Assembly (NCBI GenBank): GCA_043810775.1
Contig: JBDRNU010000001.1
Location: 1 to 19,294, forward strand
From: an archaeon
GTDB taxonomy: Archaea; Nanobdellota; Nanobdellia; Pacearchaeales; GW2011-AR1
DNA length: 19,294 bases
Reading direction: 5' to 3'
This document shows, piece by piece, positions 8,104 through 16,702 of the stretch. Under the pieces are notes generated by a model. It was not told the DNA's origin. It saw only the letters and a list, made by a program, of their open reading frames with translations, and searched no databases. Position 1 is the stretch's first letter. The number at the start of each line of letters is the position of its first letter. The position numbers were made by a program, and so were the translations under genes.

Positions 8104-8841
8104 ATGAGATATGAATTTATAGGGAAAGCCCTGCTTATTAATGATAGAATTTTGGCTATTGCAGATATACATTTAGGATATGAGGAAAATTTGACAGAGA
8201 AAGGGGTATTATTACCTAGGGGAGAGCATCTTAAAGAAACTATAAAGGATTTGGGGGAAATATTCTCAGGATTGAAAAAGCGAGGAATAAAGCTAGATAA
8301 AATAGTGATTGTTGGTGACTTGAAACACCAATTTGGCAAGATATCTGGGCAGGAGTGGAGTGAGACTCTTGAATTAATTAGTTTTCTTGAAAAAAATTGC
8401 AAAAAGGTTATCTTAGTTAAGGGAAATCATGATAATATATTGGGGCCTATTGCCTATAAAAAGAAATTGAAGATAGAGGATTTTTATGTTGAAGAAGAGG
8501 TTGCTTTTTTGCATGGTCATAAAGAGTATAAAGAAATTGAAGATAAAAAAATAAAACTAGTGGTTTGCGGGCATTTTCACCCTGCAATTATGATTTCTGA
8601 TAAGTATAAGAAAGAAACATACAAGTGTTTTTTAGAAGGGGGTTGGATTGGGAAAAAAGTAGTAATATTGCCAAGCTTTATTCACTTTGTTATGGGTAAG
8701 GAAATGTTATTTATGGATTTAGTGAGGGGATTTAGTTCTGAATTTAGCTTGAAGCTGAAGCTTGAGAATTTTAATGTTCAGATAATAGGAGATAAAGTTT
8801 ATGATTTTGGAAAGTTAAAAGATTTAAGAAGGCTTATTTAG
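8104..8841 (+). CDS. Lhr-associated calcineurin-like metallophosphoesterase
   Basis: ADIHLG, GDLKH, GNHD, HGH, GHFHP, LPSF motifs; the track's 8089 start is TTG, ATG 8104 preferred. Confidence 0.9.
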   Translation: MRYEFIGKALLINDRILAIADIHLGYEENLTEKGVLLPRGEHLKETIKDLGEIFSGLKKRGIKLDKIVIVGDLKHQFGKISGQEWSETLELISFLEKNCKKVILVKGNHDNILGPIAYKKKLKIEDFYVEEEVAFLHGHKEYKEIEDKKIKLVVCGHFHPAIMISDKYKKETYKCFLEGGWIGKKVVILPSFIHFVMGKEMLFMDLVRGFSSEFSLKLKLENFNVQIIGDKVYDFGKLKDLRRLI

Positions 8842-9287
8842 ATATAGGGAAATCTTTGCCTAACACTTAAAACAGGCCTGCTCATCGACTCTAAACCCCC
8901 TATAGGGTGCCTTTGGAAAAGTTCTCCACTTTCTGGAGTAGAGTGTAAAGTGATTGGTTCTAGGTCTTTGTCAGAGAAATCCCTCTTTGTATAATCTGGA
9001 GATCGAGGATTAAATAATACTCCGGAAAAATTTTCAAATTGACTTTTTCTTGGCATTTTAGGAATAACTGGAGGTCTCCCCATACTAGCTATTGAAGAAA
9101 CTAACTGATTATAATATCTTGGGGAGATTGGCTGTCTTTTATCTTCATTTAAAGAATAAACTTGAAATCCATGCAAGAGTTGAGGGGGCTCGACAGGCTC
9201 GTCTTCTGGGTCATAGTTAGGATCATCTAAATTTGGAAGGTCATTTAAGAATTCAAAAGAATCTGAATTAAAACCAGATCTTGCCAT
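8838..9287 (-). CDS. Hypothetical, Pro/acid-rich protein
   Basis: 149 aa ORF; TATA TTTATAAA at 9309-9316. Confidence 0.65.
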   Translation of the reverse strand: MARSGFNSDSFEFLNDLPNLDDPNYDPEDEPVEPPQLLHGFQVYSLNEDKRQPISPRYYNQLVSSIASMGRPPVIPKMPRKSQFENFSGVLFNPRSPDYTKRDFSDKDLEPITLHSTPESGELFQRHPIGGLESMSRPVLSVRQRFPYI

Positions 9288-9392
9288 TTTAAATTTACAA
9301 ACTTATAGTTTATAAATTTTACGGGAGAATATTTTTAAATATATATTTTAGAGTAAAGATAAGTAATTAAATAAAAATGCATTAAATTGAAG

Positions 9393-9875
9393 ATGAATAA
9401 AAGAATAGGGATAATATCATTAGTGATTATAGCTTGTTTAGTAGTTGTTTCTGCGCAGTGTGATAAAGGGTATGATGGAGGATATGATTATGGCTGGAAG
9501 GAGGGGTATGATGATGGTTATGCCCCAGGATATGATGATGGAAGATATGATTATGAATATAGACATAACTTTGAGTATGATAAAGAATATAAGAGATATT
9601 ACGACGACTGTTATTGGAATGGGTATAATTTAGGATATAACAGGGCTTATAAAAAGGGTTATGAAGGAGGGTATGATGATGGAAGAGAGGTGCGCAGGTA
9701 CAAAAGCACTAAGAGGTCTTACTCTAGTGGCTGTGATGATAGATATTATAATTGTGAACGAGACAGCAAGAGGAGATATTACAAAGAAGATAGGTATGAG
9801 CAAGATTATGGTTCTGAAAAATATAATGAAGGTTTTAGTTTCTTATCAAGAATCTTGAAAGATGTTTTTCATTAA
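9393..9875 (+). CDS. Secreted Tyr/Gly/Asp-rich GYxxG-repeat protein
   Basis: Signal peptide ending VVSA-Q, then two runs of GYxx repeats. Confidence 0.75.
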   Translation: MNKRIGIISLVIIACLVVVSAQCDKGYDGGYDYGWKEGYDDGYAPGYDDGRYDYEYRHNFEYDKEYKRYYDDCYWNGYNLGYNRAYKKGYEGGYDDGREVRRYKSTKRSYSSGCDDRYYNCERDSKRRYYKEDRYEQDYGSEKYNEGFSFLSRILKDVFH

Positions 9876-10207
9876 ATTTTAGATAAGGCGTAAACTACTG
9901 CTTCTATGTACTCTTGGGGAGTCATTTTCATAGTGTAATTTTTCTGAGAGCATGTCCTGGAAGAAGAAAACAAAAGATTTTGAGGGGAACCTACTGAAAC
10001 TTTCTGTGAGCTCATAAAATTAAGAAAATTCTTTCTTCTTCTGTAAAAAGTCTTATAATCAATCGGCTTTTTTTGTTCAAGCTTGTCCAGAATTTTATCT
10101 ACAAGAATTCCATCATAACCTATTTTTACAGGTAAAGAATGGGTCACAATGTAGCCTGAAATAACTTCTGTGTATTGAAATAATTCTCTCTGACTATATT
10201 CTGCCAT
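9872..10207 (-). CDS. Hypothetical protein
   Basis: Track ORF 9872..10252; ATG 10207 directly follows the aminopeptidase stop. Confidence 0.6.
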   Translation of the reverse strand: MAEYSQRELFQYTEVISGYIVTHSLPVKIGYDGILVDKILDKLEQKKPIDYKTFYRRRKNFLNFMSSQKVSVGSPQNLLFSSSRTCSQKNYTMKMTPQEYIEAVVYALSKI

Positions 10208-10208
10208 G

Positions 10209-11285
10209 TTAGATTTTCCACTTTCCGTTTTCTTGAATAATTTTTCCATCAAGAATTATTTTTGCTTTTCTCATGTCTTTGACAATATCAATATGAACTG
10301 CAGAATCATTGCCTCCACCATTTTCCTTGTAAGCAGAACCTAAAGCAAGATGGATGGTTCCGGCAATTTTTTCATCAAACAATAAATTCTTTGTGAATTT
10401 TGTAACTTTTTTATTTAACCCAATTCCAAACTCCCCAATATAAGAAGAATTTTCATCTGTTTCTAAGATTTCCTTAAGCAAGTCTTTGTTTTTTGAAGCG
10501 TCAAACTCAATAACTTTTCCATTTTCAAATTTTAGAGAAACATCATGAATTTCTTTGGCAGCATTTGTTATTGGGTGCTCGAATTTAATCCAACCTTCCA
10601 TTGATTCCCTAATAGGTGCCATAAAAACCTCCCCCATAGGAACATTATCACCATCAATATCAGATTTTGCATCCTTACCATTAATCTTAAACTTCAAGTC
10701 AACATTTTCACCAATTAAATGAACTTTTTTGCCTTTTTTGAATTCATTTAAAACTTTATTCATGAACTTACATATTTTCTTCCAATCCTGCAAGCAAGCA
10801 TTATAAACAAAATTTTCATAGTCTGAAAAAGACATTTCTGCATTTAGAGCTAGTGCAATGCAGGGATATGCAATGGTGCACCTTTTTATTTCAGATTTAT
10901 TATTACAAATATAATCAGATATTGGGGCTGTAATTTTATGCCTTATCATAATTTTTTTAGGATTAGCTAGAGATAACTCGTGAGGATTTGTTTCAGTATT
11001 AATACCAATATACTTATCGGCATACTTAACTAAATCCATTAGATGCTGGGGGAAATGCTCAATCTGCTCCTTACTAGCATATTTATAAAAAAAATCAGCG
11101 ACGTTTGGAAGTCCAATTTTTACTATTGGGTGAGCTTTTCTTAAGATTATTTCTTTATACAGCTCGGTAATGAAAGGAATTGCCTCTGGCTCTCCAGAAA
11201 TAATAACTTGCTCGCCTGGCTTTACATAAACTGCATAATTTACAGCAAGTTTAGCCAGCTTCCTAGTTCTAAGGTCTAGAGGCAT
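10209..11285 (-). CDS. M29 family aminopeptidase (AmpS/AmpT-like)
   Basis: NVPMGEVFMAP, IGEFGIG, LFDEKIAGTIHLALGSAY, NDSAVHID; ATG 11285 preferred to TTG 11294. Confidence 0.92.
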   Translation of the reverse strand: MPLDLRTRKLAKLAVNYAVYVKPGEQVIISGEPEAIPFITELYKEIILRKAHPIVKIGLPNVADFFYKYASKEQIEHFPQHLMDLVKYADKYIGINTETNPHELSLANPKKIMIRHKITAPISDYICNNKSEIKRCTIAYPCIALALNAEMSFSDYENFVYNACLQDWKKICKFMNKVLNEFKKGKKVHLIGENVDLKFKINGKDAKSDIDGDNVPMGEVFMAPIRESMEGWIKFEHPITNAAKEIHDVSLKFENGKVIEFDASKNKDLLKEILETDENSSYIGEFGIGLNKKVTKFTKNLLFDEKIAGTIHLALGSAYKENGGGNDSAVHIDIVKDMRKAKIILDGKIIQENGKWKI

Positions 11286-11286
11286 T

Positions 11287-11547
11287 TTATTCAATAGTTA
11301 ATTCAACTTTTCCAGATTTAATTTTATCAGCTAGAGTATTTTTAAGTTCAGAAATTCTTTCTTCGTAATCTTCACCAGGATTTGGACCCTTGATAATATA
11401 ATATAAAACGTGACTGCAATTTCTTGCACTTTCAAGAACAAATTCAAAACTTGGAGTAATATCAGCCGTATAACCCCTTCCAGTTAACATTCTTGCACGA
11501 CTTCCTGGAACTGGGCTGAATGCATAAATTAGAGCTTTTTTTGCCAT
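11287..11547 (-). CDS. Hypothetical protein
   Basis: 86 aa ORF abutting the aminopeptidase gene. Confidence 0.6.
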   Translation of the reverse strand: MAKKALIYAFSPVPGSRARMLTGRGYTADITPSFEFVLESARNCSHVLYYIIKGPNPGEDYEERISELKNTLADKIKSGKVELTIE

Positions 11548-11748
11548 TTTAATTTCCCAGAATTAGGCATCTGAACGCCACCACCTCTGACTTATAGGGA
11601 AATTACAAGTATAAAAAGTTAACTATTTGCTGTTATGTGGGGTGGCTGAAAGTCGACTGATTAGAGAAATCTTTGATTTCGTATGGAAAGTATGATAAAG
11701 GACACTATTATAATAATATTAATAAATCAAAGAGTGTTTTCTTTAATT

Positions 11749-12153
11749 ATGAGTAAACCTAAATTACATTTTGGACATCCCATCAGCACATATGGTACAA
11801 CCATAGAGCAAAAATTGATTGAAATTATCGAAGAACATTTTCCAGAATACGAATTAGATAATTGTAACCAATCACATCACCAAAAAGCAGCAAAAAAGTT
11901 AAGAGAAGAAACTGGGAATCCAATGGAATATTTTTTTAAGGAATTTATTCCAAAAATGTCAGTTGGAGTCTTTTTGCCATATAGAGATGGGATGTTTGGT
12001 TCAGGAGTTTATGATGAAGCAGTTCAGATGCACCAAGAAAGAAAACCTATTTATCAAATTGATTATAAAGGAGTAATTTTTGAGATGAGACTTAATAATT
12101 CTAAAAGGCTGTCAATTCCTGAAACTAAAGCGAGAAATAAAGTGTCTGAGTAA
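11749..12153 (+). CDS. Hypothetical, nucleoside 2-deoxyribosyltransferase-like fold
   Basis: KLHFGHP at the N-terminus and VFLPY.DG.FGSGVYDE resemble NDT/RCL-type N-glycosidases; track start is 11683. Confidence 0.55.
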   Translation: MSKPKLHFGHPISTYGTTIEQKLIEIIEEHFPEYELDNCNQSHHQKAAKKLREETGNPMEYFFKEFIPKMSVGVFLPYRDGMFGSGVYDEAVQMHQERKPIYQIDYKGVIFEMRLNNSKRLSIPETKARNKVSE

Positions 12154-12222
12154 TATTGCACATAATTGAAATATAGCCTATAAGAACACAATTCTTTTAA
12201 AGGGGTAAACACAGAAAACATT

Positions 12223-13575
12223 ATGAAAGCTTACTTGAAGTGCATTATTCCTTCTTGTGATTTTAGAGAGTCAATTTACAAGGAGATAACTGAATGCCCT
12301 AAATGTGGGAATCTTTTAGATGTAGCTTACGAGGATCAGGATCCTACTTCTTTTAAGGAGCTTTTTGACTGCAGAAAAAGAAATGCAAAGAAAATATTTG
12401 ATAAAAGTGGGGTTTGGAGATATAGGGAGCTTCTTCCTTTTCCATTTGAGCATGAAAATCCAGAAAAAATCCTAGTATCACTAGATGGTAAGGAAGGGCA
12501 GTCAAGTCCTTTTCATTTGACAGAAGTTGCAAAGTATGTAGGAATTAGAAGTGAAGATTTTTATCTTCAGAGTGAGGGGGAAAATCCTACAGGAAGCTTT
12601 AAAGATAATGGCATGGCAGCAGCATTTACTCATGCAAAAATGCTTAATAGGGAGAAAGTAGTTTGTGCTAGCACTGGAAATACTTCTGCATCAATGGCAG
12701 CTTTTGCTGCAAATGAGCTTGGAAATATAAAAGCAATTATTTTTATTGGAAGTGGAAAAATTTCAATGGGCAAGCTGGCACAGAGCCTGGAATATGGTGC
12801 AAAAGTTATACAAATTAAAGGGGATTTTGATGATGCTATGGCTAAAGTAATAGAGGTTGCTGCGAAAGAAAATCTTTATGTTATGAATTCTATAAATCCT
12901 TTTAGATTAGAGGGACAGAAAACTATGATGTATAGATTATTGGAGGGTTTGGATTGGAAAGTTCCTGATTGGGTAGTATGTCCGGGGGGAAATTTAGGAA
13001 ACTCTTCTGCATTTGGAAAGGCATTTTATGAGTTGAAGAGTTTAGGTTTAATAGATAAAATGCCGAGAATCGCAGTAATTAATGCTAAAGGTGCAGATAC
13101 CTTATATAGATTATACAATCAAGAAGGTCTAAGATGGAATAAAGGAAGTGTTGATTTTGAAAAAATTAAAAAATTCTATGAAAATATGGATAAAGAAAAC
13201 AGAAGAGCCAGCACCCTTGCTTCTGCTATTGAGATTAACAGGCCTGTTAATTTGATAAAAACTTTAAGAGCATTAGAATTGACTAATGGGGTTGTTGAAG
13301 AAGTAGAGGATATGGATATGCTAGATGCTAAGGCTATTGTTGGAAGAAATGGGTTTGGGTGTGAGCCTGCAAGTGCTGCTTCAGTTGCTGGAATAAAAAA
13401 ATTAGTTGAAAAAGGCGTAATAAAACAGACTGAGGTTGTTGTAGGTATAATGACGGGGCATCAGCTTAAGGATCCGAAAGTCACTATCGAATATCATACT
13501 GGAAATAATAAATATAGCAATAAACCAATTGAGGTTGAGAATAGTGCAGAAGATATAATAAAAGCTTTAAATTAA
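12223..13575 (+). CDS. thrC: Threonine synthase (PLP-dependent)
   Basis: NPTGSFKD (PLP lysine), CASTGNTSAS, NSINPFRLEGQKT, PGGNLGN, EPASA, TGHQLKD; N-terminal Cys4 ribbon. Confidence 0.93.
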   Translation: MKAYLKCIIPSCDFRESIYKEITECPKCGNLLDVAYEDQDPTSFKELFDCRKRNAKKIFDKSGVWRYRELLPFPFEHENPEKILVSLDGKEGQSSPFHLTEVAKYVGIRSEDFYLQSEGENPTGSFKDNGMAAAFTHAKMLNREKVVCASTGNTSASMAAFAANELGNIKAIIFIGSGKISMGKLAQSLEYGAKVIQIKGDFDDAMAKVIEVAAKENLYVMNSINPFRLEGQKTMMYRLLEGLDWKVPDWVVCPGGNLGNSSAFGKAFYELKSLGLIDKMPRIAVINAKGADTLYRLYNQEGLRWNKGSVDFEKIKKFYENMDKENRRASTLASAIEINRPVNLIKTLRALELTNGVVEEVEDMDMLDAKAIVGRNGFGCEPASAASVAGIKKLVEKGVIKQTEVVVGIMTGHQLKDPKVTIEYHTGNNKYSNKPIEVENSAEDIIKALN

Positions 13576-14438
13576 CTATGCTGAAAATTATCTCCTCTTA
13601 ACTTATCAAGTTCTGCTTTTGCTTGATTAAAACGTTTTTGCGCTTCTTCTACTTGCCTTTGTTTTTTGAGCTGTTCAATTTCAGCTTGAGCTTCTTTGAG
13701 TTTTTTTTCAGCGTCAGCCAGAGTATCTTGAGGTATAAAAACCTCAGATTGTTGCTGAGCTTGCTGTTCTTGCTCTTGTTTTTGTTTTTCTCTGAAATCT
13801 GAGAGTTTAGTAACTTTAATTTTCTCTTTTGATTCTTCTTTAATAGGAGAAGATTTAAACCTACGAACAATCATTAAACCTAGAACTCCTAGAAGAATTG
13901 CAAGAATAATAATATAATAACCAATATTAGTAGTAATATTTTGAAAAAAAGAACTCGCATCATCTACAGTTATTGCTGCTCCAGTTATTCCAGAAGCATC
14001 TTGAGATTCAGCTACTATATCTGCAGTTGCTTCTGATTCGTTTGTAGTATTTTCAGTTATATTTACTGTAACTTCTGTTGAAGTGACAGGGGTAGGGTCT
14101 TGAGCTTCATCATCTAAAATACTTATAAAAATAGGCTCGTTAGTTGAAAATGGGCCAAGTTTTTCGTGAGTTTCTTTAATTATCCCATCTTTTACAACTA
14201 GAATAGTCATATCAATAGAAGCCCTATTTGTTGAAAAATTACCTGTAGCATTACCATTTAGGTTTGCTTTTAAATATAAACTATCTATTACTGCAAAAGT
14301 AGTAGGGTCTAGAAGTCTTAAAACTAGATTTTGCCCCGGCTTTGCCCTTATGTTTACCTTAACATTAGTTTCAGCTAGACTTAAAGGAATAACTAGTAAA
14401 ATAAACATTAAAAATAAAACAGCTCCTCTTTTAATCAT
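13572..14438 (-). CDS. Single-pass surface protein with cytoplasmic coiled coil
   Basis: Signal peptide, beta-rich ectodomain, T/N-rich linker, ITGAAI, TM helix, Q/E/K coiled coil; ATG 14438 fits TATA 14461-14468. Confidence 0.8.
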   Translation of the reverse strand: MIKRGAVLFLMFILLVIPLSLAETNVKVNIRAKPGQNLVLRLLDPTTFAVIDSLYLKANLNGNATGNFSTNRASIDMTILVVKDGIIKETHEKLGPFSTNEPIFISILDDEAQDPTPVTSTEVTVNITENTTNESEATADIVAESQDASGITGAAITVDDASSFFQNITTNIGYYIIILAILLGVLGLMIVRRFKSSPIKEESKEKIKVTKLSDFREKQKQEQEQQAQQQSEVFIPQDTLADAEKKLKEAQAEIEQLKKQRQVEEAQKRFNQAKAELDKLRGDNFQHS

Positions 14439-14471
14439 ATTCAAATTTGAGTTTTTGTAGTTTATAAATTT

Positions 14472-14807
14472 TTATATACTGGCTAGAAGTTCGAGTGCTT
14501 TGGCTGCAGATATACTATCTTCAATAACAAGGAATTTTTCACTTTCTAAAAATTCCTTGAAAGCCAGGGCTTCTACTATTTGTGATGAGTCACAATATCC
14601 GTGACAATCAAAACCATAGCATAATACTATATCTCCTGGAGGAGAATTATTTAGAAAATAAAGCCAGGCGATTTGTTGAGAGTCTGGTTTTATAGGTTTA
14701 ATAGAGTATTTTGGCCCGAGACCTTGACTAAGAGGTGAGGGGGAAGAGACTTCATAACCGGCATGCTGAAGGAAAGGTATAATTTCTTTTGTAATTTCTT
14801 TTGGCAT
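14472..14807 (-). CDS. Hypothetical protein
   Basis: Track ORF 14472..14816; ATG 14807 follows the upstream stop. Confidence 0.6.
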   Translation of the reverse strand: MPKEITKEIIPFLQHAGYEVSSPSPLSQGLGPKYSIKPIKPDSQQIAWLYFLNNSPPGDIVLCYGFDCHGYCDSSQIVEALAFKEFLESEKFLVIEDSISAAKALELLASI

Positions 14808-14808
14808 T

Positions 14809-15228
14809 TTATTCAATTAACCAGGTTTGAATTATTATAAATATTATTGCAATAATACTTAGTATTCCTTTAAGAGCAAGGAATGCGTGATTTTCAAAAC
14901 GAAGATAAGGTATGGAGAAGATTCCCGCAATTATGGCAAGAAAACCAATTATTACAGTAACCATATGGGTAAAATTAGTAGGGGTAAGACCTTCTATTTT
15001 TATTTTCTTGAATCTTGTAATCTGGCCTTCTATGACTAATCCTATACCTACAATAAACATCAGGAGAGCTTCGACATACATTTTCGCGTCAAACTCAAAC
15101 AAAGTTTCAGAAATTATTCCAATAAATCCGAGGATACTTACAATTGCAAGAACAGATACAAATTTATGTGAAGCTGTAACTCTTTTTTTAATAATTTCTC
15201 GCTCAATTGAAACCTCTTTATTTATCAT
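14809..15228 (-). CDS. Four-TM membrane protein
   Basis: 139 aa with four hydrophobic helices; TATA at 15250-15255. Confidence 0.8.
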   Translation of the reverse strand: MINKEVSIEREIIKKRVTASHKFVSVLAIVSILGFIGIISETLFEFDAKMYVEALLMFIVGIGLVIEGQITRFKKIKIEGLTPTNFTHMVTVIIGFLAIIAGIFSIPYLRFENHAFLALKGILSIIAIIFIIIQTWLIE

Positions 15229-15267
15229 AAAATTTAGAATTTAACTTGTTTTAAATATTTTTTGGAA

Positions 15268-16701
15268 TCACCTGATTATAGTTTCTTCATCACTTGGGCC
15301 TACTGAAACTATAACTGCATGGCCACCAGTATAAGCTTCAAAATCTTCAATAGAATTTTTTAAACTAAGAGGAAGATTGCTATATCTCCTAACATCACTT
15401 ATATCCCCATATCCTTCATAAGTTTCATATACAGGTGTGGAATTTCTAAGAAAAGACTCACTTCTTGAAAAAGTATCTGTATGCTCCTTATTATGATTAT
15501 AACCAAAAGAAACTTTGAAACTTTTAGCTCCAGATAGGGAGTCAGGCTTAGTTAAGATAAATAAAGGGCCATTAATAGAAACAGCATATTTAGCTGATAA
15601 GGCATCAGTTGGGCCAGTTCTTCTTGGACGACCAGTTGTGGCTCCGTATTCACCTGCAGCAATTCTAATACCTATTCCTTTGATAAATTCATCTTCAGAA
15701 TTTATCATTTCTATTATTTTAGAATTTTTTCTATCATAAGATAAACCTCTTTCTGTAATTTCGTGAGGAATTCCAAACTGAATAAGTTCGTCTAGTTTAG
15801 TGTGATTATCTCCAGCACAGTAGTTTTCAGACATTGAACCTCCGAATTCCGTTGGGAAAGGACCTGCCCCTACTCGAGTCATAAAAGGAAATTTAATAAT
15901 TCCGAAAGGTAAATCAACTAGTTTGGCTGATAAACCTACTCCATTTGCAGTTCCATTTAAAGAGCAGTCAGAAGAGGTTACATAAGGATAGGTTCCGTGC
16001 TCTATGCTTAGAAGAAGGCCTTGGGCTCCTTCTAAAAGTATTTTTTTACCTTGAGAAACAAAAGTATGCATTTCACTGACTGTGTCTCTTACAAAAGGTT
16101 TAATTCTCTCTGAAAAAGGAGCTAAATAATTTATAATTTCTTCAGAATCAATGGCTTGATCAGGGTATATTTTTTTTGCTTTTTCAATTCTACTTGCGAG
16201 TTTGTCAAGAGAAAATAAATCTTCAATAAAAATTCCTCTTCTTGCGACTTTATCTGTATAGCAAGGACCAATACCTCTTCCTGTTGAGCCTATCCCTCCT
16301 TGTTTTTGAGAGCTGTTCTTTGCTTTATCATAAATTATATGATAGGGCATAATTACACTTGCGTCTTTACTTATCATCAGATTATTATAAGTATTTCCGT
16401 CAGAATCAAGCTCATCAAGCTCGTGAGATAAAACTTCTAAATCGAGAACCATTCCGTTTCCAAGGATAGTAATTTTTCCACTAGAGTCATATGATATTCC
16501 TGCAGGTATTAGATGAAAAATTTTTTCCCTGCCATTAATAACTACTGTATGCCCTGCATTATTGCCACCTGTTCCTCTAGCAATTACATCTGCCCACCTG
16601 GAAGCAAAATAGTCTGAAAATTTTCCTTTTCCACTATCTCCCCACTGATTGCAAATAACTGCTATAATTTGAGCATTTCTTATTAAGTCAACTAATGCCA
16701 T
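15268..16701 (-). CDS. purA: Adenylosuccinate synthetase
   Basis: QWGDSGKGK, GGNNAGHT, IGSTGRGIGPCYTDK, EGAQG, GTYPYVTSS, TRVGAGPFPTE, EYGATTGRPRR. Confidence 0.95.
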   Translation of the reverse strand: MALVDLIRNAQIIAVICNQWGDSGKGKFSDYFASRWADVIARGTGGNNAGHTVVINGREKIFHLIPAGISYDSSGKITILGNGMVLDLEVLSHELDELDSDGNTYNNLMISKDASVIMPYHIIYDKAKNSSQKQGGIGSTGRGIGPCYTDKVARRGIFIEDLFSLDKLASRIEKAKKIYPDQAIDSEEIINYLAPFSERIKPFVRDTVSEMHTFVSQGKKILLEGAQGLLLSIEHGTYPYVTSSDCSLNGTANGVGLSAKLVDLPFGIIKFPFMTRVGAGPFPTEFGGSMSENYCAGDNHTKLDELIQFGIPHEITERGLSYDRKNSKIIEMINSEDEFIKGIGIRIAAGEYGATTGRPRRTGPTDALSAKYAVSINGPLFILTKPDSLSGAKSFKVSFGYNHNKEHTDTFSRSESFLRNSTPVYETYEGYGDISDVRRYSNLPLSLKNSIEDFEAYTGGHAVIVSVGPSDEETIIR

Positions 16702-16702
16702 T

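Noticed and set aside
8097-8402. Antisense ORF (also 14912-15244, 15515-15739, 18012-18200)
   Set aside because: Shadows of well-supported genes on the other strand
9445-9858. Met-rich alternative-frame ORFs (also 13649-13870)
   Set aside because: Off-frame readings of repetitive codons in the main ORFs
11281-11295. 15-bp GGCATTTTATTCAAT identical to 14803-14817
   Set aside because: Both are IE-stop-A-ATG-Pro junctions; stop/start constraints and AT richness probably explain it, though it could mark a duplication scar
11550-11605. Purine riboswitch or tRNA
   Set aside because: No conserved aptamer core, cloverleaf or T-loop recognisable
15268-16701. PurZ (2-aminoadenine biosynthesis)
   Set aside because: Catalytic Asp retained (WGD), paired with guaB, no phage context
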